Positions 28,912-37,219 of a DNA stretch of 64,000 nucleotides are shown here, in pieces. Location: NCBI GenBank assembly GCA_034430695.1, contig DAOUEE010000198.1, positions 739-64,738 of the forward strand, given 5' to 3'. The translations under genes and the position numbers were made by a program. Below the pieces are notes generated by a model. It made no database searches. It had not been told where the DNA came from and saw only the letters and a program-made list of their open reading frames with translations. Numbering within the stretch: position 1 is the stretch's first letter; every line of letters starts with the position of its first letter. The DNA comes from Anaerolineales bacterium (GTDB lineage Bacteria > Chloroflexota > Anaerolineae > Anaerolineales > E44-bin32).

Positions 28912-29703
28912 TTACCCCTCGAAAGGAATGACCGCTCTGGCGAAAATGAGATAGCCAGTGTGTGCAACCATGCGATCCACAGGACGTAGACGCTCGGGTA
29001 CGGGCTTGTAGAAACGCAGGGCGATCTCGCATACATCGATGAGTTCGAACGCGTGCCTCGAGATGCCCTGCAGTATGTCGGTTACCTGGTTCGTCGTCGG
29101 AACGATGATTCCAAGCACACCTCCGGCCGCCAGGGCTGCACGTGCTTGCCCCAGATACTGCTCGGGAGTAGGAAGGTCGAGGAACAGCGCTTCGATGCCG
29201 GTTTCTTCAAACCCTTCCTCGATGTCTTTTCGTTTTAGTTCGACGCGATCTTCCAAGCCGACACGCTCGAGGTTTTTTCGGGCTAGATTCTGCATGTCTG
29301 CTCGACGGTCGTACGAAATTACCTTACCTTCCGGTCCCACGATCCAGGCGAGCGCCAGCGTCAGCGAACCGGAGCCGGTCCCTGCCTCGACGACCGTCTT
29401 TCCGGGCGCGATGGATAGACGCAGCAGGATATATCCGATGTCTTTGGGATAGATGATTTGTGATCTGCGTTTGATGTGCAGCAGTAAATCCCGCAGTGTT
29501 GGCTCGAGCACATAGAAACGCATGTCGAGGTGGCTGCGAATTTCAGAACCCCAGGGTATACCGATGATGTCGTCGTGTTTCAGGATGCCTCGATGAGTCT
29601 GGAGTTCCTCGCCTGCTTCCATGCGAATGAAGAGGTACTTATGATCGCTCGACACGATCATGGCCAGGTCGTTTTCATTTACTCGTCGCAAGATTCGCTC
29701 CAT
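28912..29703 (-). CDS. trmI: tRNA (adenine-N1)-methyltransferase (TrmI/GCD14)
   Basis: QIIYPKD, VEAGTGSGSLT, FLDLP, HTGYL. Confidence 0.92.
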   Translation of the reverse strand: MERILRRVNENDLAMIVSSDHKYLFIRMEAGEELQTHRGILKHDDIIGIPWGSEIRSHLDMRFYVLEPTLRDLLLHIKRRSQIIYPKDIGYILLRLSIAPGKTVVEAGTGSGSLTLALAWIVGPEGKVISYDRRADMQNLARKNLERVGLEDRVELKRKDIEEGFEETGIEALFLDLPTPEQYLGQARAALAAGGVLGIIVPTTNQVTDILQGISRHAFELIDVCEIALRFYKPVPERLRPVDRMVAHTGYLIFARAVIPFEG

Positions 29704-29845
29704 GGATTCGGTCGATGCAGCATGCCCCGTTCGACGCTCGCTGGTTATCTACCGGTCCTACGAGGGGCTGTGTCGAAAGATATGTAGTCTATCGGAGACC
29801 CCACTTTATTATAACGATCACGGGTTGGGATCGGAAACCATTTTC

Positions 29846-30493
29846 TCATGGTGCCGGCTTTCTGACTCTAAAACGGAGCACGATCGCGCGCGCTTGTTGT
29901 ACACGTTCTAGTCTGGGCATGAACCCCAGCGCTTCGAGCGGCTGCATCCAGCGATCGCCGGGGTCGCCGGCCTGGCCGGTGAAGCGGTACAGCCAAGCGG
30001 CAAGCCGGTCTTGAATGCCTCGACCGGTGATGCGTGCAACTCCGATGACGATCAATTCTCCGCCGGGCCGTAACACCCTCCAAATCTCCTCCAGCGTGTG
30101 TCGCTCGAGGATGTATTCGCTGGGGAAGGTGGAGATGACTTCGGCGAAGGTGTTTGCCGGCAAGGGGATGTTTTGCGCTCTGGCACGCAAGAGCGAGGCA
30201 TCAAAACCTTCCCTACGCAGTCGATTGGCAGCGAGGCGTATCATTTGCCTCGACTCATCGAGCGCAAAGGCGCTGTAACCTTTACGCAGCAAATCGAGCA
30301 GCAGATGTCCCGGACCCGATCCCAGCTCGAGTACAGGGCCTTGCAGGTCTTCGTGCAGGGCCGCCGCTTGCCACTTGCGCCATTGGCCCATGGAAGTGGT
30401 CCAGGCGACGAAGTCGTATGCCCAGGCGAAGGTCGTATACAGGTGTTTGAAGAAAAATCGCAGCAGGTGCAGGAGCCATGGCTTCGGGTTCAT
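29846..30493 (-). CDS. Class I SAM-dependent methyltransferase (UbiE-like)
   Basis: VLELGSGPG, RARAQNIPLPANTF, EIWRVLRPGG. ATGA overlap with the upstream deacetylase. Confidence 0.8.
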   Translation of the reverse strand: MNPKPWLLHLLRFFFKHLYTTFAWAYDFVAWTTSMGQWRKWQAAALHEDLQGPVLELGSGPGHLLLDLLRKGYSAFALDESRQMIRLAANRLRREGFDASLLRARAQNIPLPANTFAEVISTFPSEYILERHTLEEIWRVLRPGGELIVIGVARITGRGIQDRLAAWLYRFTGQAGDPGDRWMQPLEALGFMPRLERVQQARAIVLRFRVRKPAP

Positions 30494-31326
30494 GCCCACG
30501 CCCGCAGAAATGTCGTCAGCGTGATCTTGTTTTTCCGGATCGCTTGGCGAACGCTGGGATCGGTCAGAATTTGATATTCCTGCTCGCGTGGCTTCGCATA
30601 GCCACTGGTTGTGCGCAATTCTGCATCCACATAACCGGGATGGCACATCAATTCGCTTACACCGTCCGGAAGTGTACGCAAGACATGGACGAAGTGCTCC
30701 AGGCTGACGCCGGCGGCAAAGAAGGAGGAGAAAAAGTGATCAGGATGATGAATGGCCGCATCACCCAGTAAACGGCCCGCCTCATGACGGGCGAAGTCGA
30801 TGCATCGTTGGGGCAGGGCATCGCGGAGTGCGTCATCCGGAACGTCGAAGGCGTTGGGCAGGCGTACACCACAGCCGTATTCGTCGGCGCACTCAAGGTA
30901 AAGCCCCCAGAGATGCGCGGACGCCAAAGCGACGTGATGGTGGGAATCGATATGGTCCAGAACTGCGTCGCACGCCAGGAAGGTTTCGATCTGCGTCCGC
31001 CACTCTCGCTTCACATCGTCGAGCACGCTTAGATCGGGATGTTGAAAGAAGAATTCCTTCGCCGGCAGCCTCCCCAGTGAATCTGTCAGCGACGATCGTT
31101 TCACTTTGGGGGACAGGGGTTCGCCGTAGGTGACATTCAGATGGACGCCCAGTCCGAGCTGCGGGCTTTCTTCCTTGGCGAGGCGTACGGCTTCCGCTGC
31201 GCCCGGCAGGTTCATCATCACCGTCGTCGTGGAGACGATCCCTTCCAGGTGCGCCCGGCGGATTCCGCGCGAGACGCCCTCCGTCCGGCCGTAATCGTCG
31301 GCGTTGACGATCAGCTGCTTTGCCAT
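30490..31326 (-). CDS. ChbG/HpnK (YdjC) family deacetylase
   Basis: LIVNADDYG, GLGVHLN, HIDSHHH, ELMCHPG. Confidence 0.92.
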   Translation of the reverse strand: MAKQLIVNADDYGRTEGVSRGIRRAHLEGIVSTTTVMMNLPGAAEAVRLAKEESPQLGLGVHLNVTYGEPLSPKVKRSSLTDSLGRLPAKEFFFQHPDLSVLDDVKREWRTQIETFLACDAVLDHIDSHHHVALASAHLWGLYLECADEYGCGVRLPNAFDVPDDALRDALPQRCIDFARHEAGRLLGDAAIHHPDHFFSSFFAAGVSLEHFVHVLRTLPDGVSELMCHPGYVDAELRTTSGYAKPREQEYQILTDPSVRQAIRKNKITLTTFLRAWA

Positions 31327-31336
31327 CTGGTATCCG

Positions 31337-32689
31337 TCATTTCAGGTACGGTAAAAAGTACGTCGCCAAACCCAAAAAGAGGGCGAAGCCGGCACTGTCG
31401 GTAACCGTCGTCACCAGCACGGGAGAAGCAAGCGCCGGGTCCATATTCAAAGATTTTAATATCAACGGAATCGTCGTGCCGACGAGACCCGCGACCAATA
31501 AGTTGCCGAGTAAGGCAAGACCGAGAATGAGGCCCAGCGTAGAATTGCCTTTCCAGAAATAAACTCCGAATCCAGCGATGATGCCAATGGCCGTTCCCTG
31601 CAAGATCCCAGTAACGACTTCCTTGAAGACCATGCGCCAGGAGTCGCGCAGCTGAATTTCACCCAGTGCGATGGCGCGCACCATGATCGCCAGGCTTTGG
31701 GTAGCAGAATTGCCGCCCAATCCGCTGACGATGGATTGGAATACGGCAAGCAGGGCGACCTGCGCGATGGTCGACTCGAAGCGCGAGATGACCCACGAAG
31801 CGAAAAACGCCGTCGCGGCACTCACCAGAAGCCACGGCAGCCTGCGTCTGACGTTTAGGCGAATCGGACTCTCGACCGACAACTCGGGATCCGACACGTT
31901 CGCCAGGCGGTAGATGTCCTCCGTCGCTTCGGCTTCAAGCACGTCCATCAAATCGTCGTACGTGATCACACCGACGAGGATACCCTTCTCGGTGACGACG
32001 GGCAGTGCGGCCAAATCGTAGCGAACCATCAATCGAGCCGCGTCCTCCTGATCGGTATCCGTGGTTACGTGGATGACGCCGCGCTTCATGATTTTTTCGA
32101 TGCGAGCGTTTGGATCGGCGATTACCAATTCGCGCAGGCCAACCATTCCGACCAACCGTCCCTGGCGATCTACGACGTTCAAATAATATGGTGTCTCTTC
32201 ATCTGGACCGATTCCGCGAAGATATTCAATCGCTTCACTCGCAGTGGTGTTCGGCTGCAGAGCGATAAATGACGTGGTCATCAAACCGCCGGCTGTCTCG
32301 TCTGCGTGTCCGAGTAACGGAAGAACCTCCTCTGCGTCTTCCATTTTGGCAAGCATGTCTTTGGCGAGTTCCGGCGAAATGTCGCCCAAAACGTCCGCAG
32401 CTTCGTCCGGCTCCATCTGATCGAGTACGTCTGCCAGGCGTTCACGCGAGAGTCCCTCGGCGACGTCGGCAGCCTCCGGGTCTTCAAGTTCCTCGAGCAA
32501 GTCGGCGGTCGTCGGCACGTCCAAACCCGGTAGAATCGAGGCTTGTTCGACGTCCTTTAGATCGGAAAAAGCCTCGGCACGATCTGCGGGATGCAAGCGA
32601 ATGAGCGCGGCGATGGCTTCAAGAACATCGCCCGATTCCAATGCGTTCCGGATTTGTTCGATGGTGAGATCGATCTGTGATTGTTCCAT
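31337..32689 (-). CDS. mgtE: Magnesium transporter MgtE
   Basis: MgtE_N repeats (MEPDEAADVL), CBS pair (TAGGLMT), GLGGNSATQS, DPALASP...TTVTD. Confidence 0.95.
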   Translation of the reverse strand: MEQSQIDLTIEQIRNALESGDVLEAIAALIRLHPADRAEAFSDLKDVEQASILPGLDVPTTADLLEELEDPEAADVAEGLSRERLADVLDQMEPDEAADVLGDISPELAKDMLAKMEDAEEVLPLLGHADETAGGLMTTSFIALQPNTTASEAIEYLRGIGPDEETPYYLNVVDRQGRLVGMVGLRELVIADPNARIEKIMKRGVIHVTTDTDQEDAARLMVRYDLAALPVVTEKGILVGVITYDDLMDVLEAEATEDIYRLANVSDPELSVESPIRLNVRRRLPWLLVSAATAFFASWVISRFESTIAQVALLAVFQSIVSGLGGNSATQSLAIMVRAIALGEIQLRDSWRMVFKEVVTGILQGTAIGIIAGFGVYFWKGNSTLGLILGLALLGNLLVAGLVGTTIPLILKSLNMDPALASPVLVTTVTDSAGFALFLGLATYFLPYLK

Positions 32690-32698
32690 GATAATGCC

Positions 32699-32923
32699 TC
32701 AATCTTGATGGATGACTTCGATGCCTTTTTCTTCCAGGAATCGAACTGCACGGTTCAGTTCCTGCGTCTCCCCATTCAATTCCACTTCGAGCCAACCTTC
32801 CTCGAGCGTGATATGAGCTTCACGGATGTTTACTTCGATTTGGTAGCGCTTGATGAGTTGGTAGAGTATAGGTTTGCTGATTAAAGCCGGCGGATAAACC
32901 AGGCGGAGAATACGAATACCCAT
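32699..32923 (-). CDS. Stand-alone NIL-domain protein (74 aa)
   Basis: LRLVYP...KPILYQLIKRYQIEVNIREAHI...GWLEVELNG...AVRFLEEKGIEV. SD AAGGAGG. Confidence 0.8.
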   Translation of the reverse strand: MGIRILRLVYPPALISKPILYQLIKRYQIEVNIREAHITLEEGWLEVELNGETQELNRAVRFLEEKGIEVIHQD

Positions 32924-32986
32924 GGTTGCCTCCTTCCGTGAAATGTCAAGCCTTGCATTGGCCAGAAGAAGGCCATCAGGCAATTG

Positions 32987-33015
32987 ATTCTAGCACTTGG
33001 TCATGGGCGAGTCAA
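32987..33015 (-). promoter_or_regulatory. sigma70-type promoter of the NIL-mgtE operon
   Basis: Minus strand TTGACT, 17 bp, TAGAAT, with an extended TG. Confidence 0.75.
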
Positions 33016-33144
33016 AACGACCCCTTGTGCGGCCAAGAACCCCCCTTTGACGAGGCGCGAACAGGCCGTCCGATTTTCGCACGGACGGTCCGTGGTTACA
33101 AATTATTAATTAGGCCCTCTATCGATTTTCGACGCACCGACCGG

Positions 33145-33852
33145 TCAGCGCCGGCGTCTACTGCCTCCACTGACGAGACTTATCCAGTAGAGCAGCTGTA
33201 ATATGGCGGCAGCCAGGGCGGCAACGTAGGTGAAGGCCGCCGCATTCAACATGGCATCGACGCCGCGTTTCTCTTCCTCCGAGCGGATCAGTCCGCTGTT
33301 GGAGAGCAATACTCGCGCCCTGGAGGAAGCGTTAAGCTCGACGGGGAGCGTGGCGAGGGAGAAAACGGCACCCAGGGCAAACGCTCCGACGCCAAGCCAG
33401 GCCATCTGTGTGCCGAAAACGCCTCGGATCAGCAGGCCAACGATGATCAATATCAGCCCCAAACGCGAACCGATGTTCACGGCGGGAACGAGCGCGGCGC
33501 GGAAGCGAAGCGGTAGATACCCTTGTCGATCCTGCAGCGCATGCCCGATTTCGTGGGCGGCGATGGCCAGGGCGGCGACGGACCGTCCCTGGGCGACGCC
33601 TGGTGAGAGTTTGAGCGTCTGAGAACGAGGGTCGTAATGATCGCCGAGTTGATTGGGTGTGCCCTCCAGACTGACGTTGTTCAGGTTCCCGTAGCTCAGC
33701 AGCCTTTTAGCGGCCTCCGCGCCGGTCATCTGATTGAGATTGTGTACCTGACTCCACTTGCGATAGGTCGAATTGACCCAATATTGTGCCAGCATCACGA
33801 GAATGAACGCAGGGATCATGTACAAGAAATACGTGGAATTCAAGAAAAACAT
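33145..33852 (-). CDS. Membrane zinc metallopeptidase (YugP/Zn_peptidase_2 family)
   Basis: LGDHYDP, AIAAHEIGHALQ (HExxH), TLPVELNAS, AAFTYVAA. Confidence 0.9.
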   Translation of the reverse strand: MFFLNSTYFLYMIPAFILVMLAQYWVNSTYRKWSQVHNLNQMTGAEAAKRLLSYGNLNNVSLEGTPNQLGDHYDPRSQTLKLSPGVAQGRSVAALAIAAHEIGHALQDRQGYLPLRFRAALVPAVNIGSRLGLILIIVGLLIRGVFGTQMAWLGVGAFALGAVFSLATLPVELNASSRARVLLSNSGLIRSEEEKRGVDAMLNAAAFTYVAALAAAILQLLYWISLVSGGSRRRR

Positions 33853-33887
33853 CTTACCTTCTCCTTCTCTCGGGTGTTTCCGAGAGT

Positions 33888-35102
33888 TCATTCACTATTT
33901 GTCAACAGGAGGTCGATTGCGGCGTCGAGCTGCAGATCGTTGCCCGCTTCCCAGTCCTCGGCGGTCATCGTGACCTCGATGTCCGGCGCGAGGCCCTGTC
34001 CGTGGATCAAGCGATCGTTCGGCGTGTACCATTTTGCGATGGTCACCCGAACGGCGCCCTGGTCGGATGAAAGTGCGATCCACTGCTGCACCGATCCTTT
34101 GCCGAACGTGGTTTCGCCCACGAGAAGACCGCGGTCGTAATCTTGGATGGCCCCGGCGACGATTTCGGAAGCAGACGCCGTGCCTGCGTTGACCAGCACG
34201 GCCAGCGGGACGTCGGTGGCCAGGCCGCCGCCGTTGGCACGATGGACATCTTCGCTGCCGTCGCCGTAACGCTCGCTGACGATCACGCCATCGTCGATGA
34301 ATTCCGAAGCTACGTCAATGGCGCTGAACAAGTAGCCGCCCGCATTGTTCCTCAGATCCAGAATCAAGCCGGCCGTTTCATCGTCGATGAGGTCGGCCAG
34401 CATGGCACGCAAGTCATCGGAAGTCGTCTCGGCAAACGAAAAGAGCTGGATGTACACAATTCCATTATCGAGCTTCTCTCCCTCAACAGTCGGGATAACG
34501 ATGTGGGCACGCTCGATGTCGAATTCGAGCAGGTCCGTTTCACCCTGGCGATAGATCGTAAGATGAACCGTCGTACCTGCAGGTCCCAGAATGCGCTGGA
34601 TAACCAGGTTGCCATCGATGCCCGTCATGTCTTCGCCGTCAATGGCGATGACCTCGTCGCCGGGCTGTAATCCGACTTCTTCTGCGGGCGATCCGGGAAT
34701 GGGCGCGAGAATGGTCAGATATTCCGTGTCCGTATCGACCCAGGCGCCGATGCCTTCATAACCTTCCAGGGTAGCGCTGGCCTGTTCGAACTCGATTGGA
34801 TCCATGTACGATGAGTGAGGATCGCCCAGAGAATCGACCAAGCCTCTGATCGAACCCCGCATGAGCGTCGCGTCGTCCAGTGGTTGTTCGACGTAGTAGT
34901 TGTGCAGGATGTCCCAGGCTTGCCAATACGGCTCGAACAAGGTCTGCATCTCATCGGGCGAAACGTCCTGGCAATAGGACGTTGTCGGCGTTTCCTCCGT
35001 CTGGAGACGGATGCCCATCGCCAGCCCGACCGTGAACAGCGCCGCGGATAATATCGCGCTGACGAACGCGCCCAGTAAGAACATTTTTACTTTCGGTGCC
35101 AT
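33888..35102 (-). CDS. ctpA: Carboxyl-terminal processing protease (S41A, PDZ)
   Basis: GDPHSSY, PDZ GIGA...GSPAEEVGLQPGD, DLRNNAGG, TASASEIVAG, TFGKGSVQ. Confidence 0.92.
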   Translation of the reverse strand: MAPKVKMFLLGAFVSAILSAALFTVGLAMGIRLQTEETPTTSYCQDVSPDEMQTLFEPYWQAWDILHNYYVEQPLDDATLMRGSIRGLVDSLGDPHSSYMDPIEFEQASATLEGYEGIGAWVDTDTEYLTILAPIPGSPAEEVGLQPGDEVIAIDGEDMTGIDGNLVIQRILGPAGTTVHLTIYRQGETDLLEFDIERAHIVIPTVEGEKLDNGIVYIQLFSFAETTSDDLRAMLADLIDDETAGLILDLRNNAGGYLFSAIDVASEFIDDGVIVSERYGDGSEDVHRANGGGLATDVPLAVLVNAGTASASEIVAGAIQDYDRGLLVGETTFGKGSVQQWIALSSDQGAVRVTIAKWYTPNDRLIHGQGLAPDIEVTMTAEDWEAGNDLQLDAAIDLLLTNSE

Positions 35103-35280
35103 ATCTTCGCTCCTCCTGCGTGACTTGCGCAGGTACGCTTAACCATAACACGTCAGTATAAGAAAATTATGAATTCGGGAAGATGTGAACGTGCCGGATT
35201 TTCACCAGGATCGATGGTTTATTGGGGATCATGATTTTATGTATGCCGGCCTTTTCTTTTCCGCCAAATTCCGAACGGAT

Positions 35281-36099
35281 TCAGGATTTATCCAGGCCCC
35301 ATTTTTGCAGCCAGGAGGTGATGAGATCGCCGTATTCTTCGCCTCCCGCTTTTTCCGTGTATTCAAGAATCGCCAGCCCGTCAAGTGGGTAAAGCGGATG
35401 GCACGAACTGGGCCAGGCGCCGTTCGGAAGATTCACAACTGCATCGACGACCGGACCAAGAACCTCCGCTTTTTCGAGCTTGGGCGATATCTTCTCGGCC
35501 GTGACGATCACGGTGTCTGCAAGCAGCGCCAGTTCCTCGTCGATGCCTTTGTTCCCTCCAATCCTGGCATTCCCATCCGGATCGGCTTCGAGGGCGTGGA
35601 TCACGGCAACATCGCAGTGGATCGCCGGGAAGGCGATCAACTTATCTCCGGAGTACGGATCGACGATTTCTTTAACGTCCGGACGGAGCTGCGGCAAATC
35701 CGTGCCCTGCCACGCCGTGGAAGGTAGAAAACCGACACCGGACATCGCGGCGCGTATTCCATTGGCCAAACTGGCTTCGGTCTCCTCGATGATCTCGATG
35801 GCGCCGCTGCCAGCCGCCGATGTGAAATTCGGTGCGAGACCGAATGATTCCAATCCGAAATAGCACGAGCGAACCTTCGAAACCATGCCGGCGCCCACGA
35901 GCAGATCGCTTTCTATGCTCGCCGTAAAACTGAGTAGAGTTAATTCCTTGGGGAGCCGCTCGCGTTGATATCGGGCCAACAAAGCGAGAGCGAAGGTTAT
36001 TGGCCGGCGATAAAGCGTCATACCGCCGAAAGCGATCGTGCACCCCTTTTCCGGGATGAGATTCACAGCATGGGACAGCGTTTGGATTTTATCGGCCAT
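35281..36099 (-). CDS. CoA-transferase alpha subunit (glutaconate CoA-transferase-like)
   Basis: IAFGG, DLLVGAG, AMSGVGFLP, CDVAVIHALEADPDGNA, VIVTAE. Probable start 36099. Confidence 0.8.
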   Translation of the reverse strand: MADKIQTLSHAVNLIPEKGCTIAFGGMTLYRRPITFALALLARYQRERLPKELTLLSFTASIESDLLVGAGMVSKVRSCYFGLESFGLAPNFTSAAGSGAIEIIEETEASLANGIRAAMSGVGFLPSTAWQGTDLPQLRPDVKEIVDPYSGDKLIAFPAIHCDVAVIHALEADPDGNARIGGNKGIDEELALLADTVIVTAEKISPKLEKAEVLGPVVDAVVNLPNGAWPSSCHPLYPLDGLAILEYTEKAGGEEYGDLITSWLQKWGLDKS

Positions 36100-36319
36100 C
36101 GGGATGAGTGGTCTCCTTGTCGGGAGCGTGATCCAAATCGAGCAGCGATTTGTGCAGTTCCTCGACCGCTTCCTGCTCAAGATCCCAGGGCATCCGAAAA
36201 CTCTTCAAGGGATTTTCGAAAATCCTGCCCTCGCGGCGCAATATGGAAACCAAAATTCCGAGGTTGAAGAGCAAGACGAGAATGAGCGCGCCGCACACGA
36301 TCCCGAGTCCGTCATCCAT
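36089..36319 (-). CDS. Small single-TM hypothetical protein
   Basis: GIVCGALILVLLFNLGILV TM helix, PW motif, coiled coil. Overlaps both neighbours; SD AAGAAGGTGA. Confidence 0.6.
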   Translation of the reverse strand: MDDGLGIVCGALILVLLFNLGILVSILRREGRIFENPLKSFRMPWDLEQEAVEELHKSLLDLDHAPDKETTHPDGR

Positions 36320-36989
36320 CAGAATCACCTTCTTTAATCGTCGTTTGACTTATCAACTCGGGTATCGTGGATAAAAGGTCCGTGATGCGCTCTACATGAT
36401 AATCCACACCGTTGGGTTTGGATTTATCTCCAACCAGAGTCGTCTTCATACCAATTTCGGCTGCAGGGAGTAGATTTTCGACCCGATCGTCGAGGAAGAG
36501 ACAGTTCTTGGCATTGCCGGCGCTGGTAATTTCCAGGGCGCGTGTATACGCTCGTGGCTTTGGCTTGTTGATGAAGTCGAGCGCGACGATGTCGAGGATA
36601 CGATCGATATACGCCTCGACGCCCAGAATGGCGAGCACGCGTCTGGCATGTCCCGTGTCGGAATTGGTGAAGATGATCTTCCGCTGCGGCATCCGGGCCA
36701 GCATTTGCTGTAGGTCCGGATCCGGCCGCAGGTAATTTTCAAGCGGAACGTCATGAACGTAGGCCAGATATTCCTGTGGGTCGACCTGGTGATTGGCAAT
36801 CAACCCGTTCAGCGTCGTACCGAAGGAACGCAGATACTCATCCCGTATCGCGGAGACACGCTGCTCGGGCAGGTCCAAGCGGCTGACCATAAAAGCGTTG
36901 ATCCGCTTTCCGATGGCTTCCCATAATCCGTTGGTGTTGGGGTAGAGCGTGTCGTCCAGATCAAAGAAAATCGTGCGGATGGCAGCCAT
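36312..36989 (-). CDS. Pyrimidine 5'-nucleotidase (HAD superfamily)
   Basis: FFDLDDTLY, FGTTLNGL, IFTN, KPKP, FLDDRVENL. Confidence 0.88.
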   Translation of the reverse strand: MAAIRTIFFDLDDTLYPNTNGLWEAIGKRINAFMVSRLDLPEQRVSAIRDEYLRSFGTTLNGLIANHQVDPQEYLAYVHDVPLENYLRPDPDLQQMLARMPQRKIIFTNSDTGHARRVLAILGVEAYIDRILDIVALDFINKPKPRAYTRALEITSAGNAKNCLFLDDRVENLLPAAEIGMKTTLVGDKSKPNGVDYHVERITDLLSTIPELISQTTIKEGDSDG

Positions 36990-37038
36990 TCAGGGAAATC
37001 CTTCTTGTCGTTTCTTCAAAGATAAACCATCCCATTCC

Positions 37039-37152
37039 GGGAAGGCCGTTCGTATCGTCCGGTACATCGTTCGAGGGTATCAAGCGGTTTTCCGGCACGG
37101 ACCCTTCGATGCATCGATGTGGTACCGGGAAACCATCTGCGTCAGACCACCC
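37039..37152 (-). ncRNA. Candidate structured RNA (rod with central bubble, 6S-like architecture) or riboregulatory leader
   Basis: Hand-folded closing stem, 14/10-nt central bubble, then CCGGUAC/GUACCGG, AUCG/CGAU and UCGA-GGGU/ACCC-UCGA stems. Starts ~7 nt after a consensus promoter. Not matched to a known family. Confidence 0.5.
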
Positions 37153-37157
37153 GGGGC

Positions 37158-37186
37158 AGTATAGAAGTTATAAAGTAGGGTGTCAA
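37158..37186 (-). promoter_or_regulatory. Near-consensus sigma70 promoter
   Basis: Minus strand TTGACA (37186-37181), 17 bp, TATACT (37163-37158). Confidence 0.85.
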
Positions 37187-37208
37187 CGTACATCCTCGAG
37201 GTTATAAT
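37180..37208 (+). promoter_or_regulatory. mutL promoter overlapping the divergent promoter
   Basis: GTGTCA, 17 bp, TATAAT; ATG 11 nt downstream, no SD. Confidence 0.6.
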
Positions 37209-37219
37209 CTACTCCCACG

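Noticed and set aside
32924-33130. Possible M-box, yybP-ykoY or fluoride riboswitch upstream of mgtE (CUGAUGGCC resembles the fluoride aptamer 3' end)
   Set aside because: Hallmark motifs are missing (no GGCGAUG..CGCC, no GGGAGUAG/GCAAGACC, no M-box core) and the predicted leader is only ~57 nt.
37039-37152. Assigning the rod RNA as SRP, TPP or ykkC RNA
   Set aside because: It lacks the SRP CAGG..GGAA..AGCAG motif, the TPP CUGAGA and the ykkC 3' ACAC-GG..GGGA.AAAAGCC elements; kept as unassigned.
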